Source: Daphnia carinata
Lineage: Eukaryota
Direction: 5' to 3'
Assembly (NCBI RefSeq): GCF_022539665.2
Contig: NC_081332.1
Location: forward strand, 6,448,001-6,512,000
Length of the DNA stretch: 64,000 bases
This document shows positions 47,203 through 59,518 of the stretch, piece by piece. Within the stretch, counting starts at the first letter, position 1. Each line of letters opens with the position of its first letter. The notes under the pieces are model-generated. The model saw only the letters and a program-made list of their open reading frames with translations. It ran no database searches and was not told the DNA's origin. Made by a program: the position numbers and the translations under genes.

Positions 47203-50072
47203 TTAAGTTGAAGCATGTTCCGATGGCATTGTTGGGAATCTACTAACGTCGTTATTATTCTCTTCCTTACTTGATGAAAGGTGGTCAGCATTTTCAGATG
47301 ACTTTTCTGTGTCTTAGGTATTTAAAAGAGGAGAAAAAAAGGATTCTTAAGTACTGCAAGAACAGAAAAAGTATTATTTCAAAACTTACTTTCCTTCTGT
47401 AATTTAGTATATTGGGAATAGGATGACTTTAATGAATACGGTGACATTGTCTCATTTTGCCCAAATCTCGCTGGCGACTGACTTACGCGGCCACTGCGAG
47501 TTTTAATTTGTTTAACAGTTGGAGAAAATAATTTGGGACTATCGCGAAATCGGCTGGATATTGGCATTTTCCACCTGCGAAAACAATAAAGATCTCGTCA
47601 GCTTTTAAAAACTTGTGATAGCAACAACGTTATTCTTTACCGCTCCACTGACGAACATGGTTGATCTAGCACAGATTCTATTTTGAAGAAGTACAAGATA
47701 AACCAACTTTTGTGAATTAAAAATACTCAAAAGGAATTACCGGTCGAGCGACTACGTTGCCGAGGACTATCCGTTTCATGTGGAGATGAAAAAAATCCAC
47801 CGTCAATTTCCGACTTATGCTTCTTCCTGTTCATTCGAAGCACTTTGACGGCTTTCGGAGTTTCTATTTTGTCGTTATTTGTGGTAGAATTTTCTGGAAG
47901 TAGAACTGAAGAGTTTGGAAAGCCGGATTCATCTACCTTGCAATCTATTTCAATAAATGTAAAAGTTACCACGTCCACATACTTGCCTCATGAAAAAAAA
48001 CGGGGCCATACCAGCAGTGTGGCTGCGCAACCGAGATATGTTTGGTTGATGTGGCGATGAAAAAAATCCGACATGCGTAGCTGATTTATGCTTTTTTCTC
48101 TCTCGTAGTAAATATTTGTGACATACGGTCTCCGATTCGTCGTTATTCGGAGTACAGCCTTCTACTTTGGTTGATAAAAGGACTTGCTGGCAGCTGTAAG
48201 GTTGTTGCATAGTGTCGCCTTCCCCCTTACTTTGTTTTAAATGTGAAAAATCATTTGCTTCAACGTTCAGACGAGAAAGAACAACCACCGGCGATGGCTG
48301 ATGATCCAGGAAAGCGACTGGATTGTCTACAATAGATGTTCTGCAAAACAAACGTTAAGTTTTTAAAGCTACGTAAAAACCAAATAAAGCGCCTTACATT
48401 GATTCTACTTGTTTTTTTCTTAGCAACGCTATATGGGATCGAATTCCAGAAGACTTCATTTCATGTTCACTAGCATCTTTTTTCTTTTGAGTTCTACTTT
48501 TAGGGTTTCTTTTTTTCCGTCCAAGAGATTCAATGTTTTCCTGGCACTTCCAACCGGCTTTACGTCGATAATCTAGTTGCGTAAATTTATTTTCTACATC
48601 CGTAACCTGAAATGCACAACGTGTAAGTACGTCTTCCGCAGACGTGGAATATTATTATTTTAAAGCGATACCTGAAGGGAAATCATCTCCCAAAAACCTT
48701 CCAAGTCAGTTCGTGTGATTGTCTTTTCGGCAGTGTTCTTCTCAAATTGAAGTATCAAAGTGGAATACTGATGAAATCTTTCACGCTGCAGCTGCTGTGT
48801 CTGTCCTATGACCGTGAGAATGGATCCAACGTCATCTTGTGGTATATCATCTTCTTCTTTAAGTGCGCCACTCCACAAATTACACAATCCATCCAGGTGT
48901 GCTTTCTTTTGATCCATTTGGGCTCTTAACTGCAAAGCTATTTCTACCTTCTCGGGTGCTTTGCAGACTTCAGGCAGTGTTACAGACCCTATTTTGTTTG
49001 TCGGGTCGTTCTTGTTGTCGTGATCATTCATAACTGGATGAACTTCCGCTGTAACAGTGAATTGCTCTTGTTGTTCTTCCACTGTGATATTGCAGTTAAC
49101 AGCATTTTTTTTAATAGGATATTTTACTGCAACTTGATCTTTATTACTATGACGGATGCTCTGATAGTCACATGGTTTTGATTCTGGATCGACATCCTCT
49201 TCTTCGCTCTCCAGGTAGGTGACGTCTTCACGGAAAAACGCGGCTTGCGGAGCTGACGACTCTTGAGATGACAACAAACTATTAAACGGCTTCTGCACAG
49301 AAGTTCTTCGATCGACTGTGATCCAAGGATTTGGTTTGGAAACAGAAGGGAAATTCTGTTTAAAAGGATTGGCAGAATTTGCATTTTGCTGATCAGTTTC
49401 CTGTGCCAATATTACAGAGGATTGTTCAGGTATTTTTATTCCTAATAAACAACAAAAAAGTAATTAATTAATTAAATTAAAAGAAAACAGTAAATAAAAA
49501 AATTCATTCCACCAGAAGAAATTTACTTGAACCATGGAGTAAATGTGTCAATAAGCCACATGATCTACTCTACCTGCTGGAGGAACAAATCTTTTACACT
49601 GAGGGCATGCATCTTTTTCTGAAGGTGTCTTGGTAACAGCTGCTGCTGAATTGATTTTGCTTGAAACTTGTTTTGATGTTGACCATGTTGATGGCTTAAT
49701 AGGTTGCTTTGTTGATATGATTTTCTTGGGTGGATTCTTCACTTGTGGAACTGCTTGGAGGAGATGACTGTCATTGTGTCGAATTCTTCCAGGAACTATG
49801 AAAGGTGGTTTCTTCAACGACCTCTTGGGTAAACTATTTGACTCTTGTGTTTGAACGCATGGCTTCTGAATTTCCTTTGGGGCTGCCTTTGAATGTGAAA
49901 CAGATTTTGAATGAAAATACAGTTTTAATTTATTTGCCAAAGAAAAACATGACGCGAAATTCTTTTCTTGACGTTCCTTCCACCTTGCGAGGCCGACAGC
50001 CTTGCGTTCTTCACCACGTTTTGGAGTACATCGAAAGAAGTGATCAATACGAGCTTTTCTAGTTTCTGCCAT
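47203..50072 (-). CDS. DLGAP5: GKAP-domain protein, HURP/DLGAP5/mars-like
   Basis: Basic N-terminus (LARWKERQEK) and a GKAP homology region (IGQTQQLQRERFHQY...DLEGFWEMISLQV|TDVENKF...GWK). The C-terminus is SP/TP-rich. Internal exon boundaries are approximate. Confidence 0.78.
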
Positions 50073-51747
50073 GTCTTTAGACGTATCAGGTATAAAGGAA
50101 ACCTTTGCTTTGCACCAGAAAGTGTGCAACAAGAATGTCTACAAGACAAAGGTTAGAAAAGAATCTGCGTCACTAGTTAAATATCAGATAACTGTGTGGA
50201 ACACTGAAAACGCGAAACTATATTTTGAACTGCAACCAGTCAGGGTGCATTCAATTTCATCAAATGTGCCACCGGTGTTGCCGACTTTTCATGTTCGCTC
50301 ATCAAACTTGTCTTGTTCTTGTTGTCTATTACTTATTCAGGTTTTGCGAAAGAAATTAAATATTCCCAAATTTTTTGCGTTTTACTATACATTTTGCGTT
50401 CGCATGACAACACCTCCAAAACATGCATTAATATTTTTTCTCAATGCCCTACAACGTATTACGATTTAAATCAAGATTTTCACGTAAATGCTAGTGTACA
50501 CTACTATTCTAGAATGACACTTATACACCATCCACCACACAAATAAAACGATAGGCGACATAAGCCGACAAAGCATCTATGGCGTGACAACTGGACATTG
50601 AAATGCTCTTAATGACCTAGACGTTAGATCTTAACGCATTGAAAAGCGTAAGTATTATAGCATTGCCTAAAGGTAAGTATTATTAGGCTATTTAGCCAAC
50701 ATATTCAATTGCACCTATTGTGCAACGAAGAAGGAGAGCGAAAAATGTGGAAAGAGGAAAGGGAGGGAGCTGTGTCCAGTTGGAGATTCGGCATTTTTTT
50801 TTCTTTTCCCATAAACAAGGGTGAGATTAGAAGAAAGAAATGACGCGCGCTCGATTGCCTCCCTACCTCTTCTCTGTCATAATGGATAATGTTGTATGGG
50901 TAAAATATTGGGTATGGGGATGTTGGGTCACAGGTAGTCGTCACCTGGCGGCGGTATTAGTCATTTTGAGGTAAACTTTGGTTTGCTTCGTTGAAATCTC
51001 CCATCGTGTCACTTTCTTTAGGGCGCCCCGTTGGGAGAGTCACCTAGCACATTCACGCACCACCGTCCGAAGGGTTGGCCAATTCAGTGACATATCTTCA
51101 CGCTCACTCAACACTTCGTCATTCCTCTTCGAGCCGAGACGTATCGTGGGGGTTGAAACTTTCAGTAGAATCAATTTTGGTTTTCTTTTTTTTGTTAGCC
51201 CAATTCTATCTTGGCCTTAGCAACACAAACTCTCTTACCATCTTTCGATCGCCAGTAATAAAGAATTCTTTAGTTTTGCCAGAGGCTTTTTCAATCGTTT
51301 TTAAAACTGATCTATGCTAGGCCATCTTTTTTCAAAAGTAACTTGGAACCATTCGTTTCATCGCATCTCTCATCTCGCCCTTTAAATCGTGCTAAATTGC
51401 TGCAGAAAAACAAATCGAAAGAAATCTTTTAAAATCTACCTCCTCTATTCAAACAGTTTTTATGTCGACAGTGTGAAATCTCAAAAGTGAAACAAGGTAA
51501 GAACGAATCAGTTACAATGTTTTGGTTTTTTCTACGCCTAGCATAGGCTGATGGGCAAAAGTAGACCGCCATCTTTATTGCTCATACACTGATTGCCCTT
51601 TCGTTGAGACCTTGAACTAATCAGTGTAATTACATCACAATTCAAAGTCAATGACTTCAGTTTGATTGCTTGTCTTAGAACCTTGGAGTGTGATTAGTGT
51701 ATTTGCCAGCACTCATCTCCACTCGGTTTGTTTACAGGATAGAGACA

Positions 51748-54700
51748 ATGGAACATGTCATGGATTTAGCATCGGAAATCTCGGAAAGTTCTTCATTGGT
51801 GTCGGAGGATTTGCGAACTTTAGACGGTAGCGTCGATGGTGAACCCCGCGCTGATGGACTTTACGAAGAACGCTTTCGTGTCGATCGTCGCAAATTGGAA
51901 TCGATGCTTTTAGGTGAGGTTGTCCATCAATGCAGATGGCGTTAATGTTTGTCATTTACTGGAAAACATCAGCCAACGTTTTTGCTTGGCTTTTGCCCAG
52001 TTTTGCTAAAGGGAACAAGTAACAACATCTCAAGGGATGCCTCTCCTTGGTACTCTTTTTATCCTTTTTTTTTGTTCATCCATAAAGTCTGTTAGCCCGT
52101 AGGGCTGATTTGCCTCGTCATGGGGTTACCATCCGCAAAGGACTTCGTCTGTTTTCTTTAAGTTTCTAATAGCAGAATGATTGCCCCGGTCATTCGCCGG
52201 TTGACTTCAACAACTTGACCCTTAGCAATCTGGGAATCAGCGTTTTTTTGCTTTCATTGCTGGAAAAACGTGACTGATGTTAGGTTATACTTGACGACTA
52301 GTTGTATTGATTTTGATCTGCTGCGATAAACAAGTGACATTAATTTTTCTCCTATTGTTTACAGTCCCTGCTGAGGGTGGAAGTGAAGCAGCTGCTGAAC
52401 GATTTTTTCACAGGGTACGACTTGGTGGGTATGAAGTATCGTTTCTCTCGGTGTGCATTTTTCTAAAATAACGTTGGGGTCTGGTTTGGATTACAGACAA
52501 TTGTCGAATTCTTCAACTGACAGAAAATGGACACTTGTCTCATGTCCTTAAATCTCCCGAGTATTGAAGATATGGAAAGGGTAGCTGAGGGGAGAGAACC
52601 TGGTTTTAGCCAGTTTTTTATTGGCTGTAGTTATTAAGGGGATGGAGTTGTCTTTCTCGATTTTTCGCTTTTTTTCGTTGAAAGGGATAATTTTCTACTC
52701 ACTTGATTCGGATTGATCGTCAGCGACAGTCCGTGTTAATAGCTATAGTTTTTTGTTTCAACCCGTATGACACAATTTTTGTTTTTTAACTTCTTGTTTT
52801 TGACGTGGGTAGGTTATGCAGGAAACAAGCACTGTAATTATGTGGCCAGAGAAATTGAAAGTTGGTTCCAAATCTAAAAGAGGTCAGTGCAAGTTTTTCT
52901 CCTTATTAATTCCATATTGGTATTTTGTTTTAGCTAATAGTCACGATTAAATTCGTAATGGAAAAGTGAATGGACTAGATGTTGGGGAAACGTTAACTAT
53001 CGATAGTATAATTATTATTGCATAACTCGAATGCCATTTGATGGATCGCGATTTACGCGTCCTCTCCGTTATTTCAGTATTGATTTTTTAACATATTTTA
53101 AAAATTTTATTTAATATAAATATGACATTTAACGACTTATTTTTATGTTCAGTTACATAATTTTGGTTTCTTTATTTCTTGTATTTAAATAATGTTGAAT
53201 AAAACTCTTTGGTTATCCAGATCCGCATGTGCGTGTGGCGGGAGAGCCTGAATCAGTTCGCGCTGCTAAAGAACGCATTATGGCCGTACTTGATACAAGG
53301 GTACATTAGGTTCTATTATCCCATAAAGAATTTTACCATTATAAATTATGTTTCTTTGGTTTTCAGCAAAGCAACAGAGTGACTCTTAAAATGGAAGTGA
53401 GCTATACTGACCATTCTCATATTATTGGACGTGGAGGTAACACCATTAGCCGCGTCATGGAGGAGACACGTTGTCATGTCCATTTCCCTGATTCGAATCG
53501 CACCAATCAAACGGAAAAGAGCAACTTGGTTACTGTCGCTGGAGAGCTGGCTGGCGTTGAGAAAGCTAGGGCTCGAGTCCGGGTAACAATCGCATTATTT
53601 AACGTCGTTATGAGCGAAAATTCAATAGAAATTTGTTCACGTTATAGGATTTGATGCCGCTGGTGGTGATGTTTGAATTGCCCATCACAGGTTGCTTTCA
53701 GGCTTTTCCTGATGTAGAATCGCCGTTTATCCAAAACTTACAGTCACGTTACTGTGTACAAGTTTCCTTTCGTGCCCGTTCTCGTGGACCTCGTCCGGGT
53801 GTAGTCGTTATCAAAGGAAGTGAGTCGGACGTTGCTCCACTCAAGGAAGCTGTTAAAATTCTCGTGGACTATTTTTGTGGAACTTTAGCCGTAAGTTATG
53901 ATGACATCTACGTGCTCTCATAATTCATATTGTGATTTATTTTTATCACAGAATCAAGTTCAAGTTTGCATGACGCTAGAGATCTCGCCCCAACATCATG
54001 CTGTTGTTCAAGGAGGCAACAAAATGAATTTGCAGCACATTCGCACCGTAACGGGAACAACTATTATGTTCCCTGATCTCACCGATCCTCATATTCCTCC
54101 TCTTCGCAAAAATACCATCTCAATCCGGGGGTCACTGGACAGTGTTCTTCAAGCCCGTTTAATGCTGATGGTAAAATTGTTGCTAAAATTAATGTTTGTT
54201 GGACGATGACTGAAGATTTGTTTGTTAAAAGGGATCTCTTCCTCTCATGTTAACATTTGATCTTCGTGAAGAAGCGGAGCCCGATCCGTTGACCGTATCG
54301 AAACTGGTCGAAAAGTACGATGTCATAATCTCGATCAAGCCAAAACCAAAACTTTCAGTTAAATCGGTTAACATTCGTGGCTATGAGCGGAATGCTGGTA
54401 TTTTCGTTCTATTTAGTTCAATTTGTCCGTAAATTTTAAGGCGTTCCTTTGTCTCTAGGTAATATTTACGAAGCTCGTCGCATGATTTTGGGATGTTCTG
54501 ATGGCGATGAAAAAGTGGTAGCTTCGATTCCATCAGCTTACATCGTTACTTCAACCGATCCTTCATTCAGCTTCCGTACGTGCTGAAAGTATGATGCATT
54601 TTTCCTTTGTTATTTAACGAAAAATCCGTTGTATTCTAGGCCATACGGTGATTTCATTGTCTACCCCAACAATTTACTCCGTTTACCATCAAGGCGGATT

Positions 54701-56158
54701 TGGTGGTTATTCATCGCCAACATCTCCGACGTCCGCATGTTCATCGACGTCGCCATTCGGTTATCCCCATAATTTGCAACCAATGGCTTTGACTAATAAC
54801 TGCTTCCCTCAAGCATTCCCTACACGACCGCCGCAAGCGTATGGAATTGTTCCCGGAATTCATCCGACTGCTCAATTTCAGCATCGTAATACGCTTTCGG
54901 CGAAAAATCTTCAAGCCTTCAATGCCTATCAGACACATTTGTACCCTGACATGTACACGGACTTTCGCCAAGGTAATATTTTACTCAGTCGTAACTCCGC
55001 ACACCTTTTTTTTTATTTTATTTTTTTTTTTGTTTGACTTAATTGTTCATGTTTAATAAGCAGGCCCCGGATCGAAATCAAGTAGTGGCGTATCTAGCCC
55101 TACTTTTCCTTCTGGTTCTATTAGTCCCTGTGATTTCCCTTTCGGCCATCAAAATACTATGCTGCATGATTTTACTGGCAAGTTACTTAATTCATTCACT
55201 TGCATGATGTTTCATCTATTGTAAACTCTCAAATTCGATCGTAAAGCAGAACTTCAAAATCGCATGGCATCACAGATGAACGATGGGCTAGCCAACTGGG
55301 AACGCGACCGTCGCGTGACCTCTTGTCCTGATTATGAAGAAAAGCAACTTCTAGCCTTAAATGGTAAGTTCTTTGTCACGCTCAAGACGTTTTAGACCAA
55401 AATGTTGATAAGTTTGCCATTAACTTTTTTCTCTTTCATAAAGCCATGAGACAAACTCCTAATCCATCTCAAGCTCGAGTGCCAACTCCGACCTGGGCTG
55501 GTTATGGCTTCAGCAAATCTTCACGCCAGACGTCGACATCCGACAAGGGATTATTTTGCGATACGCCGGATTCAACAACTTCTGTTAAAGTATTGTTGTT
55601 TATTTTATATTATATTATTAGATGTTAATAACGTTATATGACAGAACGAGACTCATCAGCGCCGTAGTCCGTGGGATGACCCAATCTCTTCGGTGAAAAA
55701 CGCGCCGGATTTTGGTTTCAGCAGCAATTTGATCGACTCAGTCTCGTCGCTGCCTAAGCCAAGTGTTGTTGCTGCCAAGGACCTTTCGACTCTACTACAT
55801 TCCATGGGACTCACTAAATATATCGGTAAGCATGCACGTCTTGCATATTTGAGGGTTGGAGTGAATTGATAACGTGTTGGACAGAACTTTTTGTGGAACA
55901 TGAAATCGACTTGGAATTGTTTAAAACCCTGACGGAGAATGAACTTCGTGACCTTGGTATCCATGCTTTTGGCGTGCGCAGACGTATGCTGCTCACTATT
56001 GCTGGTAAGAAAACGTTTCATATATTTTTTTTTTTTGTTTGATTAGAACGGTAATGAATGTTCATTTAAACATAGAGCTGAATAAGAAGACCGTATTTTC
56101 TGGAAGTGCTGCTCCGGGAGCCGAGCGTCGCGCTGCCGTTGTATCCAAGGACGTTTGA
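51748..56158 (+). CDS. BicC: Protein bicaudal C (KH domains + SAM)
   Basis: ERFRVDRRKLESML, IMWPEKLKVGSKSKRDPHVRV and HSHIIGRGGNTI...HFPDSNR (KH). Also DYEEKQLLA...PTPTWAGYGFSKS, a SAM domain (EHEIDLELFKTLTENELRDLGI...RRRML) and FSGSAAPGAERR. Confidence 0.95.
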
Positions 56159-57725
56159 ATTTATTGCAAGTTGAAATTTTTCAAATTGTTTGGATTAAAG
56201 CCTTATTTTTCAATAGCAGCGGAATCTCTTCCTTCTTCTGTCCCTCCGAATATTTATTGCTAATAACGGTTTCTCTTTTTTTTTCGATCGATATAAGCAC
56301 AACGCGTCTCGCCCTCCATCTTTTTGATATTTGATAATTCCATTTTGTTTGCCATTTTCTCTTTAAATCTTTCCCACTACTTTACACACTTGTCTTGGTG
56401 TGGCTTATATATATTGAAACTCTTTGATAATGTTCTCACACTCTTAGATTACAAAAAAATCACCAACGAAAAGAAGAAAAAACAATCATAAGTGCACGCG
56501 TTTGGCTCTACTATGACGACTTTTCCACTCCACTCTAAACTTGAATACCTTGATCTTTGTGAACTCTCACCTCCAGCATTTTTCGCGCTCATATTATACT
56601 CCTCAAGTCGTTTTCTATTCAACTTAACCCTCTAAATCACCTAAAAATACTTCGAAAAGACCAAAAGAATCCTTGACTTCTTTTTTCTGCTCTCCTTTTT
56701 TACGCATTGGGTTGTGCTAAAAAGCTCAATTTCGCACAACTGTTTCACTATATTGTGCGTTATCGAAAGTCGATGGATGATGTATTTTGTCACCTGCCAC
56801 CCATTTTTTTTCTCGTACTATTAATGCCACCACATTTTTGCATGTTGTCTTGTTGATTAGCGCCGTGACCGAAAGCGCGTTGTGGCCTTCCCTTTGTCTC
56901 ACATGTTGATTTATTTCTACTTTGTACACTTGGTCGCTCTTTTCTCTCATAATTTTTTTTGCCAGGTAAAAAATACAAGCAGTTAAAGCATAAACAATAG
57001 ACTAATGTCAACTCTTATTTCGACGATTTCGGGATAAGGCCTGTTCATTTTGCACTCACAAGCATTTGTATTACGTTTTCGCAAACATTTCCGCGCAGTT
57101 AATTCGTTTACATCACCACCCACTCGTACGTTTGGACAGTGCTTGACATCGCTTGATAACATGGCCTCGTGTTATATCTAGGATCGGATGTCAGTTGGGA
57201 ACTTATAGTGAATGTTATAAGTGGTTGTTAGTATTTCCCGGTTTTGAAATGCCTGTTAACGGTACAGGTTTCTTCCAATCTTTGCAACATAAGACAACAC
57301 GTCTCTAAAATATGATATGAATTTTGTAATTCATGTTTATTATGAATTCGTCTGTAAAAGTCATACAAAAGTAGGTCATCGAAATTTGGTGAAATAGAAA
57401 AAAGGAATATGAAATTGGCGTTATACAAATTGACTGGTGCTATAGTTGATCAAAACTGAGTCATGTTGGCTGAAATAATTTTATATTCGATTTTAAAGGG
57501 TAGCGAAGGCATTGGGTCATTTACGCAACAAGTATTGTGAGTAAATTCACAGAGAAGTAACAGATTCTTCAACAGTTTCCTTAGTCATTCGTCGTCATTT
57601 TTTCGGATTAGGAACGTTTCCTTCGCTAGTGAAATATGTAATTTGCGAGGAGTAAAGAATTTTACGAACAATAAACATGAATCCCCGGCATTTCACAGAA
57701 CTGCCATGGATTTGTGTAGCCTACG

Positions 57726-59228
57726 CTAGGAAGAGCTACTTTTTATTCCATGTACACCTTTAAGGTGAACCCGTAAAGCGGATCGGAACCTGAATGACTT
57801 TGTACATTGAGTGCATGGAAAAGGCTTATCTCCAGTATGAATGCGCTGATGGGCGTCGAGATCATGCTTACGGTTGAAAGTTTTACGGCACACGTTACAG
57901 GCATGAGGTCGATCTCCGGTGTGTGTCTTCTTGTGGCCAATTAGATTGCTCTGATTTCGAAAAGCTTTGCCGCAAACCTGGATGAAAAAGCAGATTTGAA
58001 CATAATTTTGTTTAAGATTAAAACTCTTAGTAGCTTACGTCACATGCAAAAGGACGTTCATCCGTGTGAGTCCTGAGATGTTGTTCAAGTAGACTTCGTA
58101 TGAGGAATGCCTTCCCACATCTTTCACATTGGTGAGGCTTGTCATCGGCATGCAATCTCAGGTGAGCCGTAAGAGTTGCTGGTAATAAAAACAAAGCAAG
58201 GTTCGAAAATTTTTGTGAAACATGGAGGCTTACATAGTGTAGTCGTGTCCTCAACTATAGAAAAATGTCTTGTACTCACCCTTGACTGGGTACGACTTTG
58301 AACACAGTGGACATTTAAAAGGTCGCTCTCCTGTATGTTTCAGCATGTGGTCATTAAGTTTTGACTGACTTGAAAACACAGATGGACAGAGTTCACATGA
58401 CACTAATGTTTTCTTTTTGAAAAGAGAATCATCCTCCAGCAAAAGTTCAACTTCAGTGATTAGGTCCCCCTCTGATGAGTCATTAACTTTTCCTGGCAGA
58501 ATTTCACCTGTTTTGAGATTCTGCCTTTGTTTCTTTATTGAAGGTGGATGACATGTTACAGAATCATGATCAGAGGAGCAATACATATTTTTATCGATAG
58601 GCATTTCTTCTAGTAGTAAGTCTGTTGCCGAAGTTTCTGACAGATCTAATTCTATAGCATCCTTCAATCTTTGTTGCTCATCATCTTTCTGTATAAGTGT
58701 TAAATTCAAAAGTGCACAATGGTTCATTTCATTGTCATAGGATTACAAATACCTGAACTTCCTCATCTGTTTTGGAGATCTCTTCGAGGATAATGGCTGT
58801 GTTTTCATCTGTACTGATTTGAAATTCATACACCAGTTGTTGAAACACTTCAAATTCCTTTTCACTCAGAGATATTTTCCCAGTATATAAGAATCTGATA
58901 AGGTTCTGTATATCTTTCCCACTAAAAAAATTTTAACTGTGAACACGGATCTTTACGTCTTCATGACACACATTTTTTACCTGAAATCTGGTAAAATTAT
59001 TGAAGCACCATGATAAGGGTCCCAGGATTCCATCAGAACCAGTTTCAAATAAGGTGAAACTATGGCTAGCAAAGACGAATGCGTCTTAACAATCATTTTG
59101 TCCTTACACATGAGTTCAACATCACAGTAATTCAGGATGGAACTGTCGTAAACATCTTGTAATTCATTTACAAGAAATTCCCCTGGATCTTCGTATCGAA
59201 GAAGCACTTCTTCTAGATGAGAATCCAT
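57726..59228 (-). CDS. BTB/POZ + six C2H2 zinc-finger transcription factor
   Basis: BTB-like YCDVELMCKDKMIVKTHSSLLAIVSPYLK...IILPDF...LIRFLYTGKI. Six C2H2 fingers with TGERPF/TDERPF/TGDRPH/TGDKPF linkers; stop TAG at 57726-57728. Confidence 0.88.
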
Positions 59229-59518
59229 ATGAAGTAGTTTGAAAACAATTTCAAGACGTGAACTATTCAGTAACTCCCTACGCAAACGGGAAAATTCAAC
59301 ATTGAAAGTTTCGTCTGTATTATTAGAATGTAAACACCCCGATATACTGAGGACTAGACACACAGGCCCATCAGCTACTGGCACCACAGCTACAGAATTT
59401 TGCTTCTACGGATCGACAATAGAGCTCCGCCCCGAGTAGATCGGGGAGCTTTGTCATCCATTCGGTGCGAGACTTTTTTTTTGTGTGGGGATTTTGGTGC
59501 CCAGTACATCACGGTTAC

